A stretch of 64,000 bases of DNA, taken from contig NC_086380.1 in NCBI RefSeq assembly GCF_036588685.1, positions 54,250,001 through 54,314,000 of the forward strand, written 5' to 3'. The notes beneath the pieces are model-generated. The model saw nothing but the letters and a program-made list of their open reading frames with translations, was not told the origin of the DNA and made no database searches. A program made the translations under genes and the position numbers. Positions 53,060-64,000 of this stretch are shown piece after piece (the first letter of the stretch is position 1; every line of letters starts with the position of its first letter). This DNA comes from Mytilus trossulus (Eukaryota).

Positions 53060-54159
53060 CGTGTTTAAACTTTTGATTTTGTCATTTACTTAGGGACTCT
53101 CCGTTTTGAACTTTCATCGGGGTTCAGTATTTTTTTTTGTAATTTAACTTTCTTAACTAATGTTGATACCAAACAGGCTCGTGAATGATTGAGATGATAA
53201 TAGGAATGAAAATTATTAAGAAATCAATTTCGATAAAATTGTATAAAGCTTTTATTATGACTGATTTATCTGTGCTAAAAAATAAACAGTGGACAAAATA
53301 GAAATAAAATATCATCTCAAAATCACAATTGTAGAAAATGTGTTCACTAATCTTAAACTAGTTACATGTATCACAAATGCAAAAAGTAAGATTTTAAAAT
53401 TTCCAAAAATTACAGGGTTTGCTACAGTACGAGTTTATAACAGTATGACAATCATTTGTTTTTCAAATGCAAATGAAACTGAATAACCCGTATTTAATCG
53501 ACGCATACGTTACTAAAACATGTTACTGTATATCAAACACGTCAAAACATTTTAGATCTATATAGTTTGTGCCAGTTTATTAGTTTCTGTTTATTTTGGT
53601 GTTTAATCACGAAATTAATGTTTTATAATTGATTTTGTTCAATAAAAATCTCAGAATTTGAAAATTCTGTGCATTTTAATATCGAATTGAAACAAAAGTA
53701 TAAGTCGATACAATCAATACTTTCACTAGTATTTGTCTCGACGCTTGGAAATTGTTTTAAAAATTATTTCAAATTGTATTATCATATTGTTAATTATTAT
53801 GCAGTTTTAAATGTTAAAAGCTTTTTTGCGCTAAACAATATATGACTAGTCATTTTGATATTTGCTCATGTAATAGCGGATATAACCTAGAGTGTTCACA
53901 AATAATAACTAAATGAACAAAATCCAACATTATATGTATCTTCTTTGTCAAAATTAAAAGGATAACAAATATTTAATTGAAAATTAAACCATCGGAATAT
54001 TATGTTTTGAAATCGGAATTTTGAAATCGGAACAATATTAATATATTTTTAATTGAATCTTTTCTACGTCATCGTTATCAATTATACATATCAAATATTC
54101 CGTGAAAATACATTTTTTTGGAGATGAGATTTATAAGCCATACATTTGCTCTTCAAAAT

Positions 54160-57100
54160 ATGACGAAGAATATTGTTTTCATAATAGTTATCGTGTTTCA
54201 TGTATATGCATATGGTGGTAAGTGTTTTTCGATTTTTCAGTGTTGTGCCAGAAATTATCATTGGTATAGAAATAAACAAAAAATGACTGTTCATTCTGAA
54301 AAAATTGAAATAGTTAGGCCTTTTTATCTGAGGAAGACTTAACCTGGTTGTATTTGACATACATTATATTTTGTGCTCTCCGGCTTCGTACTTTTTTCGG
54401 CTTCTTTTTTTTCCTTTTTTTTGAGTCGAGTGTCACTGATGATTCTTTTGAGCTTTTGATTTTGCCATCTGATTAGTGACTTTCTGTTTTGAATTTTCGC
54501 CGGAATGCTGTATTTCTGTGAATTTATAGATGAAACACGCATTTTAATCCTGGTATAATTGATGAGTTTATTGACAGGAATCTGATAAAACAATTCATTA
54601 TTTATAGTTATCTTATAAATATCTTTATTATGATATTTTAATTTCATTTTTGACAAGAATTTCATGCAAATTATGGTCAAATAAATTTGCTAAAAACTTT
54701 CATTTTTAAATGTTCTTGCTGTAAAGCGATATCAAATGTAAAACGCCGCACAGCCTTTCGCATTCATTCCTTAACAAAAAAAAGTGTACTGTTACATTTG
54801 GGAACAAAAGTTTTAGAAATCAGTCACTAACTCATTTTAGCGAATTTGATGATACTTGATTAAGAAGTACATTTGAGATCATTTTATGATTTTTTTTAGT
54901 AGTTCATGTCGTATTAAATTCGTGATCATAAATGATTATATTTGGCGATGATAGATTGGTCATAATCGTTACAATGAGTTGTTGTAAATTTTGATTGCGG
55001 GTGACATGTATGATAAGTATTTAGAGAAATCTTGATTATATATGTAGGAATTAGAACTGCGATGGTACTCCTTAACGATGGTCACGCTGAAGTGCGATAG
55101 TCTACGCTGAAGTGAGTTGGTGAAAAAGCTGAAGTGCGATAGTGACATTGTGACGCTTACTTGTTGTAAGAAACGCTGAAGTGTATTCGTGGATACGCTG
55201 AAGTGCGATGGGCATATTTTGACGTTGTTTATACAAGCTAAATGCGACGGTCTTGGGTTGGAATCCTATTTGTAGAGGTATAGTGGATAGCATGCTAGCC
55301 TCATATTTGACTGATCGGTTTTTATTCCTGCTCAGGTCTAACCAAAGATGTTAATCATCCGCTTATATTAGCAGATAGTATATGGGATCAGAAAATATAC
55401 AGGGTGGCTGAGAGAAATGGGAAATCTCACTTTTAAAGTTGGTCTACTAATAATAAATCATAGAAATTTTGGTTAAAATGAATTCTACTTATTTTGGAAT
55501 TTAGGAGAAACACATTGGAGTCACTGATGGGGTTAATAAGTAGGATCCAGTTTATGTTATCAAATATACTAGTAACTCGTTTTTGTCATATCACACCTTA
55601 GAAATTGCACACGACACCAAGTCATGTAATAAGCTTCTTTTCCACTCAGGACCAAGTTGGGACCAATCGGTTTTATTTTTTGCCTATCATGTTGCAGAAG
55701 GTTAATATTGTAGGCACAAGAAAATTACTGATATTGTGTATTTTTTTTACAGAGCAGGTTTCATCTCAAGCCGCTGAATAAAAGAAAATTATCGCTACTT
55801 GATCATGTTGATATAACGAAACAAAATGCTTATAATTGAATGGTACTTTCAAAATGTCAAAAACAATAATAAATCAAGACATTTTACTTATCGCACAAAG
55901 CTTTTCCGGCGTACGTATTGTAGTTCCGAACACTGTTTAGCTCATCTATGGACCAATATCATCTTATCCTTTAGCCCTCTTGTTCGCATTGATTTACATA
56001 ATTTGGTAACCTCCACACCCAATGATTAAAACTGTTTGGGACTTGAATCTTTCGTTTTATTTTATTTCCGTTTCTTTGTTCGAATGACACTTTTAGCTAC
56101 GAACCATTTTCTGCTCCTGCCTGCATTTCATTTAAAGCCTTTTGTTTTTTGTCTTTTAGTATCTTTAGTCCCTCTTTTATGCGTTCAATGTATATGTTAC
56201 TACGTCTTTTGATTGAGTGAAGCCATTCAAATTGATATTTGATAATGCATCTTTCTAAGTTGTGATGTTATACTATTGTTTCATGTTATAAAGACGGTTT
56301 AGTATCTTCAAAAGGTTTAATTCAGCAATATGATGTTCAGTTGTTGTCGTTTGTTGGTGTTGTTCATAAATGTTTCTCATTTCTCGCTTTTTTATATTGA
56401 TTAGACAGTTTGATTTACCTATTAAAAGGATTTACACTATTAATGTTTTGGAGCCCTTTATATCTTGCTTTTTGGTGTGAACCAAGGCTCCGTGTTGAAG
56501 ACAGTACATTGACCTTTACCTTTACTGTGACGTAAATTTAGAATTGTCTCACTTGCACTTATAACACATCTTCCGATGCGTGTATATTATACATTTTAAT
56601 TATCAAACACTAATTTTGCATCTACTTATTTCATAGTATTTTTGAAAACCGTTCTTACACATTAAGAGTTTTTAATTGTAGATGAAATTCGAATCAGAAC
56701 CCTGAACGCGGGAAACACTGATTCGAATACGAATCAACATATTTTTGAGGACTACACAAGCCTATCCGATTACCATATTTTTCCCTCAGAAAAAGAGTTC
56801 GTCAGGTTTACCATTGAAGCCTGTCATGACGCCTTTATTCTTTTATCTGCTGCAATTGACCTTGAGTCACAAGACTTTTATGAAATATGTCTCGGTGGAT
56901 CAAATAATCAAGAGACATATATACGTCGAAAATATAATGATGCTAACCCATTCAAGATTTCAACACCTGACATTTTGGGCTGCACAGAGAAAAGCACATT
57001 TGAAATAAGATGGACAAAGGAAGGAACAATACATCTCGCCAAAGAGTCAGCAGTTGGGATGGAAACAATAATAGACGTGAAAGATTCTACCCCATTACTC

Positions 57101-57932
57101 ATTCAGGGGGTCGGGATCATGCCGTCGGATGTATGACAAATTATGCAAATTATTAAATTTGTCTTAAAAACGAGATAAAGTAATTTAATGTAATGCATTT
57201 GAGTATGTTGGATGAATAGATAATACACTGAAATTAAAAAGAAAAGGAAACGTTTCGTTCGCTGTATAGATACTACACTGAAAATAAAAAGAAAAAGATA
57301 AGTCAAATCATCTTCATCTTACTTATTTGACGTTGGAATGTAGTCGGTAATATTCTCACATATTTATTGGTTGATTGATTAGCAAATCTACTTTCGTTCT
57401 GTTTGTATAATAAATAATATTCAAGATAACATATTCATCAGAACTTTGACAAACAGATTTAAATGATTATTTCAAACAACATGTTTGTTATCATCAAACT
57501 AAAGATTGTCGCAAAACGATCGACCCAAGCTCATTGCAGCCTTTTTCTTAACACAATATGAATAAGTTAGGTGAAATTCCTCGCCGTTGTTATTCCTTTT
57601 TAGCATCGAAACACTTTCAGAAGTAAACACAAATTAAAGCATATACATAACAAATTACTGTAAGTATTTTATTCTAACGTGGTCTATTTTTGTATTCTCT
57701 CGACATTTTTGGCGGACTTTATTGTGGAGTTCCTTCAACGTTCGGTAGTATGAACTTACTTCCGATATCAGTAAAGCGCAGCAGAATTGCATGTTTGTTT
57801 AAATGTTCACCAAATAGTGCTTGTCATGGAGTCCACTTTAATGAGGAAACCAATGAATGTGAACGTGTGTCTGTAGGACAAGTCATCGATCAGTCCACCC
57901 GTTCCGGTTGGTCATTATATACAAAATGTTGA
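54160..57932 (+). pseudogene. FAMeT-PAN gene copy 3, divergent (exons 54160-54217, 56682-57136, 57703-57932)
   Basis: Exon 1 MTKNIVFIIVIVFHVYAYG with G|gtaagt (alternative upstream ATG at 54124). Exon 2 is open from ttgtag|AT through ACHDAFILLS, FYEICLGG, QGVGIM, then PSDV-stop, lacking TGWGADGLW. Exon 3 is a 230-nt PAN-like exon but its acceptor reads CG (57701-57702). Exon 2 is not in the ORF track. Confidence 0.8.
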
Positions 57933-59449
57933 ACGATGTATAATGCTAAGCTTGTAAATAGAGGACAACACATCGACGAATCTAACCTTTTAACACAATA
58001 TTCAATAAATACATGCACAGATTGTTTTAAACTTAAGAAAGTCTTAGCGGAAAATTTTAAAAATTTCGATGTACTGAAGAAAACAACGTTATCAATAACA
58101 AAAAAACATTCATATTCCTCATGTTGTAACAACACATCATTATATTTTTCTGTTTAAACAATCTGTTCTTAAAAACTTAATTTTTAACCTATCATTTCCT
58201 AAAATCATGCATTTATTTTTGTGCAAATCCCATTTAGTCGCTACTCAAAAAGAACTTGTAATAAAACATGTCAAATATCTAAACAGTTCTACATATTAAT
58301 AGTGGTTCTTGTACTGAAATCAGTACACAAAGCATGCCACGAAACATAGGAAGATACCCAAATGAAAGGTTCAGTGAAAATACAGCCAGACTAGACAAAT
58401 TCAAGACAACTGGTTTAATTTCGTCCATTTAAGATATTTGAACATCTTAATATTTTTTTATGTGCTATGTACTATAGATATAAGAAATGTAGTATGAGTG
58501 CCAATCAGACAACTTTACATCAAAGTCACAATTTGTTCAATCATTTTACGTCAAAGTACGATCTTCAACACGGAGCCTTGGTTGACACTACCAGCAAACT
58601 ATCAAGGGATATATGGTTGGTGCTCTCTATTTTCTAGCAGACTCAACAGGAGGGGAAATATATGGAAGAACGTTTTACGATTCCAGTCATTGATTCGTTA
58701 GAATATTTGATGCATATTGCTGAGCAAAGCGTCAGTTTATCTTTTACAATGTATTTAAGTTTTAATGAATATTTAATTTGATGTAAAACAATTGAGTCAT
58801 GAGCAAAATCCTTCTCTGAATAATCACTTGATCGAGCCCTCGTTGAAAAACCCTTAGTTGGGTTGACCATTTTGGATATTCCTCGACTCAATAGGCCTTT
58901 TTTTTTTTTTTTACCAAACGAGTCTATTACCATTAAAAGTAAAATATATTAACAGATTGTCAAAACAATAACGTTAGAACATATGTTGTGTCTATTTAAA
59001 ACATTTCGTGTAATGTACAACACAGGTAGATTCTTTCTGTTGAATACAGATTGCCCTGAAAAGGCCGTTCACAAAATTTAAAGATATCGTCGACACTAGA
59101 TTATTTTCCAAGTCTCGTTTAGTCGTTTAGAAAAATTATAGGTAGGGTCGGATGCCTATCTTATGGAATCGAAAACATAGAACAGACAAGAAAATAAAAG
59201 ATATTAATTCATAACTGTCAAACAATCGTTCTACAAGAATTATATTTATTTAAGCTGAGTGTCATTATTTTGTTCAATCTTGGTCGCTAATTCATTTCGA
59301 ACATTACAACAGTTCATTATATTTTTTTTGGAATGTGTTCCATTCATCAGTGAAAATATATATATATATAACACGGACATTCGGACAATCGGACAAAAAC
59401 AAAATAAAACAAAATATCGTAAAGCATGACGGAAGACTTTACGGAATTT

Positions 59450-59662
59450 GATGAGACTGTCAACAAAGTGAGAGGGTTAGCGCTATAAAACCAAGTTTAA
59501 TCCACCATTTTCTACATTTGAAAATGCCTGTACCAAGTCAAGAATATGACAGTTCTTGTCCATACGTTTTTGATGCGTATTTTTATATGATTTTGCCATG
59601 TGATTATGGACTTTCCGAATTGATTTTCCTCTAAGTTCAGTATTTTTGTGATTTTGCTTTTT
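59450..59662 (+). repeat. SINE-like interspersed repeat (other pieces at 45240-45370 plus 53062-53145, 54450-54525, about 4275-4395 minus, about 26955-27090 minus)
   Basis: Shared GCTATAAAACCA..ATCCACC..GCCTGTACCAAGTCA-GAATATGACAG..GATTTTGCCAT..AGTTCAGTATTTT. Confidence 0.75.
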
Positions 59663-60450
59663 ACAGGAGTTATTGAATAAATACGAATATTTCGTTCTTT
59701 TTGTGTGTGTGTGTGTGTGTGTGGGGGGGGGGGTATGTGTATTAAATATTAAATGAAAACACATTAATTGTTACCTTGACACGTTAAACCTGTCAAGGAT
59801 TTGAATTTGTCAAGGAAAACTTCAAAGTCCCGATATCTCCATGCACAAGTTTCTCTATAGATACATGTAGCACTACAGGCCAACATTTATCACCATCGGA
59901 CATCATTTCACTAATCTATATATCTGTGTTAAGTGGTTTATTAGATAAAATTAATAGAAACCAACAGGCCATTAACTTTGTCACACCCTTTAATCTATAC
60001 GCTATTATGGCGGCTATATAAAGAGTAAACAATTATCAATTACACAAAATTCATAATATATAGATAATGATGTATTTTTTTTATTGATTAATCTCCTTTT
60101 ATTCCCATGTAGTCCATCGTTTTATACCGTAAATTGAATTAAGAAATTGAAACGAATCAAGAACATCGTAAAGTTTTGCCAAGGTTTACATGTAGCAGGA
60201 ATTGAAATATTTGTCAAATTTTTCTTACAATTCTATTTTCGAAAAAAACGGAAATGACACTTTGATTTTTTTTTTTCAACAATATTTAAATGCCTTGATC
60301 TGATACAGGGAAATCTAACTTTTTTGTAAGTCTACATATCCATATAAATGTACAATCTAAATTTGAATTATACATTCCTTTATTACGAGGGGGAAAATTG
60401 GTGTATATATATATATACATGGTTTTAACTTTAAGTAATAATTATATGTA

Positions 60451-60547
60451 TGCTCTTTTCGGTTCTTTTCGGTCCTTTTCGGTTCTTTTTGGTCCTTTTC
60501 TGTTCTTTTCTGTAAATCGTCGCTCTTTTCTGTAAATCGTTGGACCG
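60451..60547 (+). repeat. 10-bp minisatellite (GGTTCTTTTC-like)
   Basis: Six or more tandem variants followed by TGTAAATCGT twice. Confidence 0.8.
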
Positions 60548-61189
60548 CTTTATTGACGTCTAATCTGGCCGTTGTCAGATTTGTTTTTGGTCATTTGACA
60601 TTAAGTGACGTCATACTTTATAGGGAGTCCTGATCATTGAGTTAGACAATGGTTATTCACCGGTGAATAATAGGGTTGTTCGATGGATGCTTCAATTTGT
60701 CGGGTTTTGCACCAGTGAAAACCATTGAACCTACATTTTGCAAGAGTTATTAATCGCTCTGGCCAACTTTTAGAAAGAAAAAAACATCGAAATTAAACAA
60801 TGACACGTGATTCCGTATAAGCACATCAAGTAATTAGTATACAATGTAATCACCTGCTCTATTGGTCTAGCAGAAATGTAAATACATTGACATTCTGAAT
60901 TTTTTCCACCGCAAATTTTTTTTAACAGGCTTATGAGATTTGTTCGAAAGGCAAATATGTAATTTTCTGTAACTTTTAAATGCATTTAGTTTTTGTTATC
61001 TTTACATGTTGCACTTGACACACCAAAATAGCTGTTTAAAAGTAAACAATAATAAAAGAAGCATTGGTCTTGGAATAAAACAACACAAACAAATATTTGT
61101 TATAAACATTGTATAGTCTGCATTAGTTTTATTCTCATCTTTTAAAAAAATAGGTCAATTTAAATATTGTCATAACATAAAATATACTA

Positions 61190-62022
61190 CTGTGGATTCA
61201 TTTTTATTCGTGGTATACCAATTTTTGTGGGTTTCGTGGGTAACAGCGAACCACGAGTTTAAGAATTCAACGAAGAATAATCCCGATAAATGTGTATGGA
61301 GTCGGATGTTTATTTCCGGTAATGTTATGCAGTTCTAGTATAGTGTTGACTGGCGATAAACATTGTAAGATTTTTTAATTGAAAAAAGATACAAGTATTC
61401 TAATTAAATCAATAATAAATATATCGAATATCAGTGGTAATTTACTTTTTAAAATTAATTAAAACTGTCCATGGAAAATAACTGCAAGTTGTTATTTACC
61501 GTGTCATAGTTTGGTTTACTAGTGATTAAAATCAATAGGATTAAGTACCGGGATATTGCCCGTAGGTAATATTGTTTATGACAGGAACATTTATTTTCAC
61601 ACCTTTTACTTATATGACTGTTTATTATATCGTGATTAGGGAAATGAGCTTTCAATCATAAAGTTTGGATTGCCTTATAGAATCCCGACAAGCATTTATA
61701 AATTGCAAAACAAACAAATAAATAGTTGTCTTTTTCCATTATTGTAATATAAGTTTTTAATGAACACTTTAACCTAAAATGACCAAGCGAGGATTTTGAC
61801 AATTCGAAACTTTTTCAATGAATTCCTTCTTTTTTGTTTACTTTTTTATTGATCAAACCAAGGAGGTTATATGATCTCCTTAATCAAAAAGAAATCCACG
61901 AATTACGTATCTGATTTTTTCTTCTTTTTTAATCAGCGATCCACGAATTTACGTATACCACGAAACGTCTTTTTTTCTCTATCCACGAAAATTGATACCC
62001 ACGAAAATAAATGAATCCACAG
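61190..62022. mobile_element. TA-flanked MITE
   Basis: TA|CTGTGGATTCATT ... AATGAATCCACAG|TA with repeated sub-terminal TTCGTGG/CCACGAA motifs. Confidence 0.85.
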
Positions 62023-62109
62023 TATTATTTTGTATATCTTTTCTTAAATTAGATAAAATATTTCCTGGTGGCAATATTTCTTCAGGCGGATGTAAAATAT
62101 ACCTTGAAT

Positions 62110-62455
62110 CCTGACAACGCCATGGCTAAAAATGAAAAAGACAAACAGAAAAACAATAGTACACATGACACAACATAGAAAACTAAAGAATAAACAACAC
62201 GAACCCCACCAAAAACTAGGGGTGATCTCAGGTGCTCCGTAAGGGTAAGCAGATCCTGTTCTATATGTGGCACCCATCGTGTTGCTTATGTGATTACAAA
62301 TCCGGTATATAGTCTAATTCGGTAGGTCACATTCATGAAAGGGAAGGGGATTGTAGTTACGACGTAAGGAACATATCCGATATAATTTGTGAAACGGTTA
62401 TTCCATAACGGTCAACAAACTCGTGATGTCGTCAATAAAATTTACGGAGGGATGA
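62110..62455 (-). mobile_element. Penelope-like 3'-end repeat
   Basis: Reverse-complement copy of 42985-43300; both give the spurious MPH-EQDLLTL-EHLRSPLVFG ORF. Confidence 0.75.
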
Positions 62456-62806
62456 GTGTTGTAACAAAAAGCTGTACTTTCTCTGAAATTTTTTTTTTTA
62501 CATATTTGGTTTTCGTTCATTTTTTTAAATAAATACGGCCGTTAGTTTTCTCGTTGGAATTGTTTTACATTGCCTTATCGAGGCCTTTTATATCTAATTA
62601 TGCGGTATTAGCTTTGCTCATTGTTGAAGTCCGTACGGTGACCTCTAATTGATAATGTCTATGTTTGGTCTTTTGTGGATAGTTGCCTCATTATCAATCA
62701 TACCACATCTTCTTTGTAATCCACAAATATGACGCATACACATATTTCTTCTAATTGAAAATGTTATCAGCCATGTTTCACCTTCACTGACCATACTCGA
62801 CATTAA

Positions 62807-64000
62807 CCCCTTCCTGTTCCCATCGGTACTCTGGTACCGATGGGCTATATTTTTGGGTAACTAACTTGCGCAAAGTATTGAATCTTTGACATTTGTTGAC
62901 GTACAGAAGTGGTTGATGGCTCAAATCAATCCCCTATATCACAGCTGTGTGATTAGTGGTGCCTAAAACTTCTTCCGAGTACGGTTTGGTATCAAATCGC
63001 CCCTAACGGACAACGTTTTCTCCTGTAAAAACCGTGTTTTTTTTTTTGATTTGAACTTAATATTTCCGTCGAGTATGGGAAAATAAACTGTTGATTTTAG
63101 GGGCAATAAAAGTCATGATTTTTTTTTCCAAGTTTAAATAGATGTAACAGAACATTGTTTCTGATGTGCCTGGTTATGGAAATGTTGAAAACACTTTTGT
63201 TCAAATAAAGAAACCGGTAAACGTCTAGAAAAAAATGGCAGACTAAAGTATGATATCATCCTATATTTGCTCAAAATAATGGGTTTTACAACAATTCTAT
63301 GTTATATCGAGACCTAATTTCTAAACGAAAACAGTAAACAGGCTGATTATTTGATTACTTTCACTTCGTTGCTTTATGAAAGAGTTAAGTATTAAAATTT
63401 CGATTTATTAAACTGGAACTCCCGTGCTCCAGTGGGAAGCTGCACTAGCCCATAGCAGGAAGATTGCATGTTCGAACCTCAAAGCCGGAGGTGAAAAAAT
63501 AATTTCCTATATTAAATGAAACTTAACTTAACTTTACTTTCAATTTCAAAAAGAGGGTCATGAATACATACAAAAGTCAACTTAAAAACAATGTTTGTAT
63601 GTTTTTAAAGAATGTGTGTCCTAATTGCACCCCCCCTTAAACTAAAACCTCATAGGCCCAAAACACCAAAGTAATTATTGGTAATTTATTGAATCTTTAC
63701 TTTCAAAGTCAAAATTCTATGTGCTGCTTGGAAAAACATAATTTAAGCTAAAATTTGTGTCAAGTATAAGATTTTGACGAAAAAACGGCTGAAAACCGTT
63801 ATTTTGCATGTTGCGGGCATCCTCGTTTGGGGGGCATATAGCACGTATTTCCTCCAACTATACCATAATGGTAACTTTCCTGTGTCTATCAGACTTAATA
63901 CATTGCTTTGACACTTAAACTTTATCCTATTAGCCCTTATAAAAGTCTCCACACGACCTTTTTCGGAAGACTTTTGTATTTTTTTACTTTTTTTTCGCAA
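62807..64000. mobile_element. Probable piggyBac-like element left end (other end outside window)
   Basis: TTAA|CCCC start followed by hairpin CCCATCGGTAC-TCTG-GTACCGATGGG; no matching end seen. Confidence 0.4.

Overview
AT-rich, intron-containing, repeat-dense eukaryotic DNA. The repeat families and hammerhead retrozymes point to a bivalve, most likely Mytilus (inference). The host genes are a tandem + strand cluster of three paralogous 3-exon genes for small secreted proteins: signal peptide, FAMeT-like (Methyltransf_FA) domain, C-terminal PAN/apple-like domain. Copy 2 (40707-43781, 263 aa) is intact. Copy 1 (25707-33492) has one premature TAA. Copy 3 (54160-57932) has a truncated exon 2 and a CG instead of AG acceptor. 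Upstream lie two decayed exons of a different, unnamed mollusc-type extracellular domain. The rest is mobile DNA: a full-length RTE LINE with a 12-bp TSD and two nonsense codons, Penelope-like RT remnants, two TTAA-flanked Kolobok-like elements (one carrying spliced transposase remnants), a 7.7-kb TIR element that splits a SINE-like repeat, a Helentron-type non-autonomous element, several MITEs and long palindromes, a ~259-bp satellite, and decayed hammerhead retrozymes. Most notable: a TA to TACATGTA change in one satellite unit together with a dense TACATGTA cluster (possible Tc1/mariner excision scars), and a hammerhead-like motif on the strand opposite the canonical retrozyme ribozyme. All calls were made by eye with no database searches.
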